Positions 1-13,155 of a stretch of 64,000 nucleotides of DNA are shown piece by piece (position 1 is the stretch's first letter; the number at the start of each line of letters is the position of its first letter). The translations under genes were made by a program, and so were the position numbers. Under the pieces are notes generated by a model. The model was not told where the DNA came from, made no database searches, and saw only the letters and a list, made by a program, of their open reading frames with translations. This DNA is from Chiloscyllium plagiosum (Eukaryota), in the NCBI RefSeq assembly GCF_004010195.1, contig NC_057718.1:73270533-73334532 (forward strand), read 5' to 3'.

Positions 1-785
1 GCCCACACCTCCCCCCTCACCTCCCTCCAAGGCCCCAATGGATCCTTCCATATCTGTTGCAAATTCACCTTTCCTATTCCTAACCTCAGTCCAAACTACC
101 TCAGATGGCGAGTCTTCATCCATCGTCCTTTCCACCTCTGTAATACTATCTTTGACAAGCAATGCCATACCTCCCCCTCTTTTACCCCCACCTCTGCCCC
201 TACCAAAACATTTAAACCCTGGGACCTGCAACAGCCAATCCTGTCCCTGTTCTAGCCATGTCTCCGTAATAGCCACAACATCGAAGTCTCAGGTACCAAC
301 CCACGCTGCAAGTTCACCTCCCTTATTTCGTATACTTCTTGCATTGAAGTATACACACTTCAAGCCACTTTCGTGTTTACAGGCACCCTCCTTTGAAATT
401 GATGCCATGTTCCTAACCTCCCTACATTCCAGGTCCTGCACCCTAAAGCTACAGTCTGGGTTCCCATGCCCCTGCAGAGTTAGTTTAACTCCCCCAAGAG
501 CAGTAGTAAACCTCCCACCAAGGATACTGGTGCCCCTCAGGTTCAGGTGCAGACCATCCTGTTTATAGAGGTCCCACCTTCCCCAGAAAGAACCCCAGTT
601 ATCCAAATACCGGAATCCCTCCCTCCTGCACCATCCCTGTAGCCACGCATTTAACTGTTCTCTCTCCCTATTCCTCAACTCTCTATCATGTGGTCCTGGG
701 GATTTATTCACCGTAATGCATTTCAAGACACCCAGCACTTCTTCCTCTGTAATATGGACATTTTGCAAGGTGTCACCATCTATTT
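1..785 (-). mobile_element. CR1 LINE fragment(s): ORF1 esterase end, EN start, plus an RT-side piece
   Basis: LNAWLQGWCRREGFRYLDNW...DGLHLN (SGNH esterase), CVYFNARSIRNK (EN start), and ITEEEVL...KSPGP. Confidence 0.85.
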
Positions 786-789
786 CGCT

Positions 790-3669
790 ACTTTCTATAT
801 CTTCCAAATCTCATGAGGTTAAGAAAATTAGCATTAAGGCACTTTATCTAAATGTTTGTAGTATTCGTAACAAAGCAGATGAATTAACAGCACAAATCAT
901 CGTGAATGATTATGGTGTGGTAGTCATCACAGAGACTTGATGCTCTGGGTTCAGGGCTGGCTGTTAAACATTTAAGAATTTACAACTTATCGAAAAGCCA
1001 TGGAGACGGGTGGGTGGCGAAGAGCCGGGGGGGGGGGTGGGGGGGGGGGGGGAGGTTGCCTTGTTAGTTAAGAATGGCACTGAATGATGATATGGAGTCT
1101 GTGTGGGTGGAGGTGAGGAACCACAAAGGCAAAAAAAAAATCATAATGGGAGTTATGTACAGACCTCCCAGCAGTAGTCAGGACCAGGGACGCAAGATGT
1201 TCCAGGAAATAGATAGGGCATGTCAGAAAGGTAAGGTCACGGTGATCATGGAGGACTTAAATATGCAAGTGGATTGGGTGAATAATGTTGCTGCTGGATC
1301 CAAAGAATTCATGGAATGCTTACAGGATGGCTTTTTGGAACAGCTTGTGATGGAGCCCACAAGGGAGCAGGCTATTCTGGACTTAGTTCTTTGTAATGAA
1401 CAGACTTTATAAAAGGTCTTAAAGTAAGGGAACTCTTAGGAGGCAGCGATCATAATATGGTAGAGTTCAGTCTGCACTTTGAAAGAGAGAAGGCAAGATC
1501 AGATGTAATGGTGTTACAGTTAAATAAAGGTAATTACAGGGGCATGTGAGAGGAACTGATGAAAATCGACTGGAAGCAGAGCCGAGTGGGGAAGACAGTA
1601 GAGCAACAATGGCAGGAGTTTCTGGGTGTAATTGAGGACACAGTACAGAGGTTCATCCCAAAGAAAAGAAAGATTATCCGGGGAGGGGTTAGACAGCCAT
1701 GGCTGAGAAAGGACGCCAGGAAATGTCTCAAAGAAAAAGAGGGAGCTTATAAAGAGCACTGGGAAATCAAAGATTAGGAAGACTGCAAAAACAGAGGATA
1801 ACAAAGAAAGAAATGAGGAAGGAGAGGATCAAATATGAAGGTAACCTCACTTATAATATTAGAAATTATAGTAAAAGTTACTTTCAATTCATAAGAAACA
1901 AACGAGAGGCAAAAGTAGAAATTGGGGAGCTCCTCTTGATGCTGGAAGGCTAGTGCTATGAGATAAGGAAATAGCTGAAGAACTTAAAAAGTACTTTGTG
2001 TCAGTCTTCACAGTGGAAGACATTAATAATATCCCAACAATTAAGGAGAGTCGGGGCAGAGATGAGTATGGTAGCCATTACAAAAAGAAAGTGCTAGAAA
2101 AGCTAAAAGATCTAAAAATTAATAAATCTCCTGGCCCTGATGGGCTACATCCTAGAGTTATGAGACAGGTGGCTGAGGAAATGGCAGAGGCACTGACTGT
2201 GTTCGTTCAAAAATCACTGGAGTCAGGGAAAGTCTCAGCTGAAATTTGCTTTTATAATGCCCTTGTTCAAGAAAGGATCAAGACAAAAGATGGAAAATTA
2301 TAGGCCAATTAGCCTAACCTCGGTTGTAGGTAAAATTCTAGAATCCATCGTCAAGGATGAAAATTCAAAATTCTTGGAAGTGCAGGGTTGGATTAGAACA
2401 AGTCAACATGGATTTAGTAAGGGGAGATCGTGCCTGACAAACCTGTTAGAATTCTTTGAAGAGATAACAAGTAGGTTCGACTCAGTGGATGTCATTTATT
2501 TAGACTTCCAAAAGGCCTTTGATTAGGTGTCTCATGGGAGGCTGCTGAGTAACGTGAGGGCCCATGGTGTTCGAGGTGAGCTACGGGCATGGATTGGGGA
2601 TTGGTTGTCTGACAGAAGATAGAGACTTGGGATAAAAGGTTCTTTTTCAGAATGGTAGCTGGTGACAAATGGGGTCCTGCAGGGTTCAGTGTTGGGGCTG
2701 CAGCTGTTAACTTTATATATTAATGATCTGGATGAAGAGACAGGGGGCATACTGGTGAAGTTCGCTGATGATACGAAGTTAGACGGACAGGCAGGTAGTA
2801 CTGAGGAGGTGGGTAGGCTGCAGAAAGATTTAGACAGTTTAGAAGAGTGGTCCAGGAAATGGCTAATGGAATTCAACGTGAGCAAATATGAGGTCTTGCA
2901 GTTTGGAAAAACGAATGCAGGCCTGGACTATTTTTTAAACGATGAGAAACTTAATAAAGCCAAAGTACAAAGGGATCTGGGAGTACTAGTCCAGGATTTT
3001 CGAAAGGTTGATTTGCAGGTTGAGTCCAAGATTAAGAAAGCAACTTTAATGTCACTTATCTCAGGAGGGTTGAAATATAAAAGCAGCGATGTGCTTCTGA
3101 GACTTTATAAAGCTCTTTAGGCCCCGTTTAGAATACCGTGTCCAATTTTGGGCCCCACACCTCAGGAAGTACATACTGGCACTGGAGCATGTCCAGCGGA
3201 GATTCACACATTCAGATCATCCCTGGAATGGTAGGCTAAGGATCCTGGGATTGTATTCATTAGAGTTTAGAAGGTCGAGGTGAAATCTAATAGAAACTTA
3301 CAGGATAATGCAAGGCTTAGAAAAGGATTGCTGGAAAGTTATTTCCATTAGGCTGGGAGACAAAGACCCGTGGGCATAACCTTAAAATTAGAGGTAGTCA
3401 ATTTAGAATGGAAATGAGGAGACATTTCTTCAGCTAGAGAGTGGTGGGCCTGTAGGATTCACTGTTATGGAGCGCAGTGGAGGCTGGGATGTTGGGTATC
3501 TTCAGAGATTGATAAATTCTTGATCTCGCAAGGAATTAAGGGCTACGGGGAGAGCTGTGGGTAAGTGGAATTTAAACACCCATCAGCTATGATTAAATGG
3601 TGGAGTGGACTTGATGGGCCACATGGCCTTGCTTCCACTCCTATGTCTTATGGTTTTATGGTCTTATGG
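790..3669 (+). mobile_element. CR1 LINE, degenerate ORF2 with 3' tail
   Basis: YLNVCSIRNK, YRPP, KSPGPDGLHP, NYRPISLTS, YLDFQKAFD, KFADDTK; (TCTTATGG)n-like tail at 3645-3669. Confidence 0.92.
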
Positions 3670-3699
3670 AATGCCAGAAGATATAAATGAAGAACAGAA

Positions 3700-4500
3700 T
3701 CAATCAGGTTCAAAATTGTTCACCCTCCTTCCTAGGTGATTGGTTCATACAGAAAGTGCAAATTGGCAAAGCGATAAGAAAATTAAGGAAGTAAAGGAAT
3801 GGTGCTGAAAACAGGTGCTCTGTTTTGTGGGGTACTGGCATTAGTACCAAACTGGAATGAATTGTGCCATTGTGACTTGGTCTACCTGAACCAATCTGGG
3901 ACCAGTATTCTAGTAGAAAGACTAAATAAGGTCGTCACAAGGACTTTGAACTGGTAATTGTGGGGAAGAGCTTGGATGACGTCAATACAGTTTCAAAAGT
4001 ATGTAACAGGATAGAGAGTAAGAAAACTGTTAGGATTCCTACTTCAGATATGGCAAACAATGACAAAACTCAAAAATGTCTATTGATTAAACTACAATAG
4101 AAAAATAATAAACAGGTGAATAAAGCATAAGAGCCAAGGAACAGTTTAGAATATATGGCCTGAATAAGAGTTCTATATACAAATGCACAGAGAAATAAGT
4201 TAAGTGAGCTGCAGACGCAAATTCAAATTGGAGATTATGATACAGTAGCTGTTATTGAGACATGGCTGCAGGATAGTCAGGATTGGAGGCTAAATATACC
4301 AGGTTATAAGATTTATTGGACAGATAGGGAAAATTGAGGAGTTGGAATAGCCTTAATGTTTAAAAACAATATGTCTTCAATGGTAGGAGTTAATACAATG
4401 TGGAGAAAGCATTCATTGCAGACTGTATAGTTAGAATTGAAGAGCAGTAAAGTTGTATACAGACCCCCTGGCAGCATGTCTGGAGTGCTGTAATGTATAA
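3700..4500 (+). mobile_element. Old CR1 fragment (ORF1 end / EN start)
   Basis: Degenerate NAQ-RNKLSEL, VAVIETWLQ and YRPP motifs. Confidence 0.6.
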
Positions 4501-4664
4501 ATGCAGAACATAAAACAGTACAACACAGGAATAGGCCCTTTGACCCCACTGTCTGTGCCAATCTAAACTAATCCCATCTGCCTGCACTTGGTCTGTATCC
4601 CTGTATTCCTTGACTGTTCATGTGTTTGTCTAAATGCCTCTTTAACTTTGCTAATATATCTGCT

Positions 4665-4979
4665 TTAGATTAGATTCCCTACAATATGGAAACAGGCCCA
4701 ACAAGTCCACACCAACCCTCTGAAGAGTAACCCACTCAGACCTACCCTATATTTACCCCTGACTAATGCACCTAACACTATGGGCAATTTAGTATTACCA
4801 ACTCACCTAACCTGCACACCTTTGGATTGTGGGAGGAAACCAGAACACCTAGAGGACACCCACACAGACATGGGGTGAATGTGCAAACTCCACACAGACA
4901 CTCACTTGAGGCTGGAATCAAGGCCGGGCCCCTGGTGCTGTGAGGCAGCAGTGCTAACCACTGAGCCACCATGCCACCC
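4665..4979 (-). mobile_element. HE1-like tRNA-derived V-SINE
   Basis: tRNA-like head with A/B boxes, central GTGTGGAGTTTGCACATT domain, (AATCT)n tail. Confidence 0.9.
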
Positions 4980-5137
4980 CAAATGGACAAGGTTTCTGTT
5001 CTTAACAAAAGTGACTATTTATAATAAATAAATATTCTCACTACAGGTAAACAATTATGAATCATCAGCATATAACTCTTCCAGTTAAAACTCTAACCCT
5101 GCTATAAAATCCCCCTCTACACATGCACAGAGTCAGT

Positions 5138-5257
5138 AGAAAGTGAGGATTGTAGATGCTGGACATCAGAGTTAAGAGTGTGGTGCTGGAAAAGCACAGC
5201 AGGTCAGGCAGCATCCGAGGAGCAGGAGAATTGATGTTTCGGGCATAAGCCCTTCAT
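5138..5257 (-). mobile_element. Penelope-like element terminal fragment
   Basis: Same terminus as 21279-21370; hammerhead core truncated; flanked by the direct repeat AGAGTCAG. Confidence 0.7.
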
Positions 5258-6565
5258 AGAGTCAGGCATAAGCAGACACATAAAAGGGATGTAAGGAAAG
5301 ACCATGAAAGCAGTTTAGTGGCCTCTGTCTGCTAGTATTTCTGAGGCAATCCTTTTGCTGATCAGAATACTGCTTCTTTGTCTCCTTTCTCCAGATACTT
5401 TCACTTGTTTGCAGGAGGCACAGGTGACTGGTTCGGCTCATAAAGTTCTTTGATGTATCAATTAAAAGTCAGAGCTCACAGCAGCTGGAAAAGAGAAAGA
5501 AAAACAGGCTGTCTTCACGCTTTGGATGCTTTGACTGCAGAGCAAAAATAGCTCATTCCCCAAAGCGATTCAATGGTTTTGACAAAGCATTCACACCCTC
5601 AAGCTTTTCAGCTACTTGAGAGCCAATCACAGTTGTTAGGAGGGAGAAGGCCTTTGTCATTGATAACTGGCCACTAGTTCAGGAACTAATCAGCTGCTTG
5701 TTGCCAGCCAAAACTTCATTTGTGTAAACCCTTGGCTTTAGCTTACTTTCCACGACTGCTTGATCAAATATCTGTGTACACAGTATTTACAATAATTGTC
5801 AGGTTACTTGCTTTTAAAAAGTGCAGCAAACCTTCAGCAATCTTTGTTTTTTCAAAAAGTTCTTTCCCAAGTTTTTACATTAAAAATAAGGGATCACCCA
5901 TTCTAGATAGATAAAGCAATACATTTTCTCAAAGATGAACTTTTGAAACTATTTTCCTGAAAAGATATTGGAGGCAGAAAGTTTGAAATTATAAGGAAAG
6001 CATAGATAAATTTTTGATTACTGAGGGAGTGAAAGATTATTTGTGTTAGGTAGAAATGTTGAGTAATCAGGTCAGGCATTCTCTTATTGAATAGCAGAGC
6101 AGGCTTGAGAGCTGTGTGGCCTATCTCTATTCATATATGTTTGTCTGTGAATTCAGGAACTTACAAGTTAACAGTACAATGGCTGTACTTTAAAAATCAC
6201 CAATGATAAGGAAACCCAGAAAATCATGTAAAAGGCAAGTTTGAAGTATTTATATCCACTTTCAGCCTCCTTCTGAGGACCTCAGCATCACAAATGCCAG
6301 TCTCCAACTAATTTGATTCATTCCATGTGAAATCAAGAAATGGCTGAAGACCTGTAGTAAAGGTTCTGACAGCATTCCAGCAATAGTAATGAAAACCTGT
6401 GGTCTAGAACAAGCTGTGCCCCTAACTAAGCTGTTCCAGTACAGCAACGACATTGACCTTTCCTGAAAATATTGAGAATTGCCCAGATACATCCTATGCA
6501 CAAAAAGCTGGATACACTCAACTGGCTAATTACCACCCTATCAGTCTACACTCGATTATTGGCAA

Positions 6566-6974
6566 AGGAAAGGCTGAAGGACTTGAGGCTGTTTTCGTTA
6601 GAGAGAAGATGATTGAGAGGTGACTTAATAGAGACATATAAGATAATCAGACGGTTGGGTAGGGTGGACCGGAAGAGCCTTTTTCCAAGTACAGGAACGG
6701 CAAGCACGAGGAGACGTAGCTTTAAATTGAGGGGTGATAGATATAGGACAGATGTCAGAGGTAGTTTCTTTATTCAGAGAGTAGTAAGGGTATGGAACGC
6801 TTTGCCTGCAACGGTAGTAGATTCGCCAACTTTAAGTACATTTAAGTCGTCATTGGACAAGCATATGGACGTACATGGAATAGTGTAGGTTAAATGGGCT
6901 TCAGATTGGTATGACAGTTCGGCGCAACATCGAGGGCCAAAGGGCCTGTACTGTGCTGTAATGTTCTATGTTCT
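6566..6974 (+). mobile_element. CR1 (HER1-like) 3' end
   Basis: RGDLIETYKI...FFIQRVVRVWNALP; (GTTCTAT)n tail. Confidence 0.9.
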
Positions 6975-7646
6975 AAATGGAAATGTTTGACAACAGTGCT
7001 ATTGAGAGGCATTTCCAAAGGCATTTCCTTCTCACTGACAAGCAGGTTGGATTCTGCCAAGTTCACTCAGTTCCTGATCTTCTTGCAGATTTAATTTAAG
7101 CATGAACTCCTAAGATATGGTGAGAGTGACTGCTCATAATATCAAGGATTTCACCAAGTATGATATCAAGGAGCCCTGTATAACTGCAATCGATGGGAAT
7201 CATGAGAAAATTCTGTGCTGTTTGGAGTCAGACTTGTCACATAGGACGATGATTGTTACTGTTGGACGGCAGTCATCTCATCCTATCACTGCAGGAGTTT
7301 CTCAGGGTAGAGACCTAGGTTCAACTGCCTTTAGCTCTTTTATCAATGACTTTTCTCCATGATGAGGTCGGATGTTGGGATGTTCCCTGATGATTGCATA
7401 ATATTCAGCACCGTTCATAACTCTTCAGATACTGACACAGTCCATGTCCAAATGCTGCAAAACTTGGACAATATCCAGACTTAGGCTGGTAAGTAACAAG
7501 TAGCATTCACACCTCTCAAGTGGCAGGCAATGACCAACTCCAACAAGACAGCATTTAACCATTACCTCTTGACCTTCTATGGCAATAACCATCACTAAAA
7601 TTTAAACTGTCAACATCCTGGGTGTTATCATTACCCAGGCTAAATT

Positions 7647-7787
7647 TGAGGAGAAAGTGAGGTCTGCAGATGCTGGAGATCAGAGCTGGAAATGTGTTGC
7701 TGGAAGGGCTTATGCCCGAAACGTCGATTCTCCTGTTCCCTGGATGCTGCCTGACCTGCTGCGCCTTTCCAGCAACACATTTCCAGC
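7647..7787. mobile_element. Short Penelope-derived insertion with inverted halves
   Basis: 13-bp TSD CCCAGGCTAAATT (7634-7646 and 7788-7800); contains the 3' half of a hammerhead core GGGCTTATGCCCGAAACGTC. Confidence 0.8.
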
Positions 7788-8824
7788 CCCAGGCTAAATT
7801 AGTCCAGCCAAATAAATAATGTGGCTGCAAGATCAGGTCAGATGCTAGGAATTCTGCAATAATAAGTGCTAGGAATTCTGCATTATACCTCCCCAGTGCC
7901 AACCCACCATCTACCAGGTACAGGTCAGAATTATTATGGAATACTCTCCACTCTCCACTTGCTTGGACATTTGCAGCTCCAATGGCACTGAAGAGTTTTG
8001 ACACCATCCAGAACAAAGCAGCCCAATTGATTGGCATCCTACCCACAACCTTACACATTCATTCCCTTCAGCACTGATGTACAATGACAGCTGGGTGTAC
8101 CTTGTACCGGATGTATTGCCGCAATTCAAACAGATCCTTAGACATCATATTTAAACCTGCAACCTTCACCAACTTGAAGGTCTAGGTACATAGGAGCACG
8201 ACCATCTGTACATCCCCCTCCAAGTCATACACCATTCTGCCTTGAAACTATGGCATTACCATTTTTTTACCATGTTTTCCAATAATTTGCACTGTAGTGG
8301 TTCAGGAAGATATCACCTTCAGTTTCTCAAAGGCAACTAGTATGGGCAATAAATGCTGGCCTAGCTAATTATGGCCACAACTGTGATTTAAAAAAAAAAT
8401 GTATTCACAGCATTGGATCAACATCCCAATGAACAGGGGTGTGTAGGTCTTCTAACTTATCAGCCTCAGCAACCATACTGCCGCGCTATCCACCAAACCC
8501 TCATTAACTCTCCTTCTCCTCAACATTCACCACCTTCACGTATTCTTTTTCAATTTGCTATTCCTTTATATCATACCCATCATTTTCACTTTTTGTCAGC
8601 CCTCACCACTTCACCTTCTCATCAACATGCATCATCCTCCACTTTTCCTTTAATACTGATCTTGTTTGTGTCTCGTTTACTTCGCTCCCTTTCACACTTT
8701 AATTTATACCTATTTTAAAGTTTGTGTTCTCTTTCACCATTATTAACAACCTCTTTGCTTTTTCATCGCATCTCTATATCATCTGTTCCCTTCCCCTTTC
8801 CTCCGCCTCTGCCAAAAATATAAA

Positions 8825-10860
8825 TAGAACATAGAACAATGCAGCACAGAACAGGCCCTTTGGCCCTCGATGTTGCGCCAACCTGTGAACTAACCTAAGC
8901 CCATCCCCCTAAACTATCCCATCATCATTCATGTGCTTATCTAAGGACTGTTTAAATATGTGGTTGAGCTAACTAGATTGGCAGGCAGAGCATTCCACAC
9001 CCTTACCACTCTCTGCGTAAAGAACCTGCTTCTGACATATGTCTTAACTCTATCACCCCTCAGTTTGTAGCTATGACCCCTCGTACAAACTGATGTCATC
9101 ATCCTAGGAAAAAGACTTTCACTGTCTACCCTATCTAATCCTCTGATCACCTTGTATGTCTCTATCAATTCCCCTCTTAGCCTTCTTCTTTCCTATGAGA
9201 ACAGACCCAAGGTTTCAGCCTTTCCTCATAAGACCTTCCCTCCAGACCAGGCAACATCCTGGTAAATCTCCTCTGCACCTTTTCCAATGCTTCCACATTC
9301 TTCCTGTAATGGGATGACCAGAACCGTACACAATATTCCAAATGCAGCTGCACTAGTGTTTTGTACAGTTGCAGCATGACATCACGGCTCTGGAACTCAA
9401 TCCCTCTACCAATAAAACTTAACACACCATATGCCTTCTTAGCAGCATTATCAACATGTGTGGCAACTTTCAGGGATCTATATACATGGACTCCAAGATC
9501 TCTCTGCGCACCCAGACTACCATGAATCTTTCCATTGACCTAGTATTCTGCTTTCCTGTTATTTGTCCCAAAGTGAATGACCTCACATTTATCTGCATTG
9601 AACTCCATTTGCCACCTCTCAGCCCAATTCTGCAGTTTATCCAAGTCCCCCTGCAATCTGAAACATTTTTCCACACTGTCCATTCCTCTATTGACTTTCA
9701 TGTCATCTGCAAACTTACTAACCCATCCATCTATACCTGCGTCTAAGTCATTTGTAAAAAATGACAAACAGCAGTGGTCCCAAAACAGATTGTTGTGGTG
9801 CACCACTAGTAACCGGACTCCAGGCTGAATATTTTCCATCAACCACCACTCGTTGCCTTCTTGCAGAAAGCCTGTTTCTAATCCAAACTGCTAAATTACC
9901 TTCAATCTCATGCCTCTGCATCTTCTTCAACAACCTTATCAAAGGCTTTGCTGAAGTCCATGTACACCATGTCAACTGCCCTACCCTCATCCACATGCTT
10001 GGTCACCTTCTCAAAAAACTCAATGATGTTTGTGAGATGTGACCTGCCCTTAACGAAACCATGTTGACTATCTGCATTCAAATTGTTGCTTACAAGATGA
10101 TTATAAATCCTATCTCTTATAATGCTGTGGTGCTGTTCGCCGAGCTGGAAGTTTTTGTTGCAAATGTTTCGTCCCCTGTCTAGGTGACACCCTCAGTGCT
10201 TGGGAGCCTCCTGTGAAGCGCTTCTGTGGTGTTTCCTCCGGCATTTATAGTGGCCTGTCCCTGCCGCTTCTGGTTGTCAGTTTCAGCTGTCCGCTGTAGT
10301 GGCCGGTATATTGTTGATGGAGTTTGTGGATGAATTCCCTGGCTGTTCTTTGTTTCGCTTGCCTATAATGGTAGTGTTGTCCCAGTCAAATTCATGTTGC
10401 CTGTCGTCTGCGTGTGTGGCTACTAGGGATAGCTGGTCGTGTCGTTTCGTGGCTAGTTGATGTTCGTGGATGCGGATCGTTAGCTGTCTTCCTGTTTGTC
10501 CTATATAGTGTTTTGTGCAGTCCTTGCATCCCAACCGGAAGCGGCAGGGACAGGCCACTATAAATGCCGGAGGAAACACCACAGAAGTGCTTCACAGGAG
10601 GCTCCCAATCACTGAGGATGTCACCTAGACAGGGGACGAAACGTTTGCAACAAAAACTTCCAGCTCAGCGAACAGAACCACAGCAACGAGCACCCGAGCT
10701 ACAAATCTTCTCACAAACTTATCTCTTATAATCTTTTCTAAAACGTTTCCTACAACAGACTGAAGGTGACCCAGTTAATCTATAATTAACTGGGTCACCT
10801 CTACTGCCCTTCTTGAACAAGGGCACAACATTTGCAATCATCCAGTCCTCTGGTATTAAA
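8825..10860 (-). mobile_element. CR1 LINE (RT half + tail), interrupted by a Penelope element
   Basis: SKFADD, HLEYCVRFWS, FFTQRVVRVWNALP; AGAACAT tail repeats at 8825. Confidence 0.9.
10124..10719 (-). mobile_element. Penelope-like element fragment with GIY-YIG endonuclease and inverted pseudo-LTR
   Basis: CKDCTKHYIGQTGRQLTIRIHEH...HEFDWDNTTII; ~150-bp inverted arms; 13-bp TSD TATCTCTTATAAT (10111-10123 and 10720-10732). Confidence 0.9.
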
Positions 10861-11989
10861 CCTCTGGTATTAAATAACAAATTCCAATTTCTTTCAGTTC
10901 TGAAATGGAGTCATACTGGACTCAAAACCTTAACTCTGTTCCTGTTTCCACAGATGCTGCCAGATCCATATCCTTCTTATAGTTTGGTAACCAGAACTAC
11001 ACACAATATTCCTAACTGACATCATATATACCTCCTTCATTTTCAAATAATCATCTGTAATAATCATCTATGTTGTTTATAAATAATAATTGTCCATCAC
11101 AGGGCCATGTTTGTGAAGCTTTCCTGATAGTTCTAATAGTTTATGCAGGGAGTAATTGAGCTTCACAGACCAGAAATATCCATGGTCTGAAATCAGTAAT
11201 GGTTATGATCAAGAAGATATAAATGGTTTCAGCATTCAACAACAGGAATGGGGTGTTGTAGTTTTCAAGGTTTCCTGTTCCTGATTGATGATGATCTGTG
11301 TGTCCTGCTGAAAATTTATATTGATGCTGCTTGAGAATAGAAAAGGGTTTGGACTGGATATTATCCATTATTGAGTAACTTGCTAGAACTCATTCTCACA
11401 ATCAAATAACTTGCTCGAACCTGTTGCCAAGGCTCACATGGTGAATGATTACTGTACAACTTAAGTATGATACAAGAAAGATTTCACTGCAGTGGAACTA
11501 AACTTCTGTGAAAGTGATAACCATTTATTGTTGAGCATGGATGAAGATCAGTAAGGAAATGTGTTTATATATTTGATGCTATTGTAATGCTCTTTTATTT
11601 CTTGATATTTTTAGGTGACATTAATGGGAAATCTGAAGATTGAAAATCACACAGAGTGTCACTGTAGCACTTGTTACTATCACAAGTCCTAAAATGGTAA
11701 ACAAAGCTGAGAACTTGAAGCGTATAAAAGTGTGCGTGCTCTTCATTGCTTCACATAAGTGGTTGCACAATGTAACAGTGGTAACTCCATGAATTTAAAC
11801 TTGCATTACTATGTAACTGATCTGCTATGATAAATAAATAAATTTACCTTCTCAGATTTGTGTAAATTCACAATATCTATTGCCAAGCAACTATGTTTCT
11901 GTGTTTCATTTAAACTCATCATGCTTGATAAACTGCAGCTTCATTTCAAGTTTATATATGAAGTATATATTTTGCTCTTAAAGGCAAAA

Positions 11990-13155
11990 TCTGTGCAAAT
12001 GGTAAAAGATTAGTGAACGACAGAGTGAGGCCCATAAGGAATAAGCTGGTCACTGAAGCAAAGTGTGTGGAAGGGGTACTAAATTAGTATTTTGCTTCTG
12101 TCTTTACTAAATTAGAAAATTGTTACAATGGCCCAAATGAAAATGTGAGTGTTGAGAAACTGAAAAATATTGTGATTGATGAAGAAAAGATCCTAAAAAT
12201 CTGGCAGCACTCCATGTAGAGAAATTGCCAGGCCAAGATGGAATGCATTCTAGATTGTTGGGAGAGGTGAGAGAACAAATTGCAGAGTGATTAACAAAAG
12301 CTTTCCTGACCTCTCTGAACACAGGATTAGTACCAGGGAACTGGAGGGTTATAAATGTGACACTGTTGTTCAAGAAATGGGTAAAAAATAATCCAGAAAC
12401 CTACAGACCTGTCAGTTTAACATCAATAGTGGAAAAACATACGGAGGCCATAATGCAGGATAAGATAAATGTGCATTGAGGGGAAAATAAACTAACGCTA
12501 GACAGTCAACATGGCTTTGCCAAGGACAAGTCATGCCTGACAGATTTAACTGAGGTTTTGATAATGTAACATAGACAATGGATGAGAGTAATGCTATGTA
12601 TGTTGTATATTTGGACTTTCAGAGAGTACTTGATACGGTGCCACATGGCAGGTTGGTTAGCAAATTAGAAATGTTTTACATCAATGGGTCCTTAACAGTA
12701 TGGATCAAATGTTGGCTAAAAGTTAGGAAATAGAGAGTAGATACTGATGGGCATTTCTCAGACTGGGGATAAATTAAAAGTGGTATTCCCCCGGGATCAG
12801 TATTGGAATCCTTGCTTTTTCTGGCTTATAGAAATGGGAGGTGGGTGTTAAGGGCAAGATCTCAATTTCCAGATGATACTAAACTAGGTGAATAGCAAAT
12901 TGTTAAGATGATGCTGAATAACATCAAAGGGACATTGACAGATTTGCCAAATGGGCAGACACCTGGCAGATGAATTTCAATACAGAGGAATGTGAGATAA
13001 TGTATTTTGGTAAAAGAAACATGGCGAGGTAATGTAAGCTGAATAGTACAACTTTGAGGGGAGTACAGGAGCAGAGAGATCTCAGGATTCAAGTATATAA
13101 TTCTGTGAAAGTGGCCAGGCAATTTGAAACAATTAAGTAGACTAATAGGATCTTA
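11990..13155 (+). mobile_element. Old CR1 RT fragment; resumes at about 17620-17800 and 18500-18585
   Basis: Degenerate PGQDGMH, YRPVSLTS and YLDFQ motifs; split by younger insertions. Confidence 0.7.

Larger units (their letters stand above)
6260..8390 (+). mobile_element. Old CR1/L2-group LINE RT remnant, interrupted by younger inserts
   Basis: NYHPISL-SII, ITAGVSQG-DLGSTAFSSFIND and MFPDDC motifs. Confidence 0.65.

Noticed and set aside
1026..1055. Poly-G tract / G-quadruplex
   Set aside because: Expansion of the G-rich GGGV codons of a CR1 EN domain; homopolymer length is unreliable.
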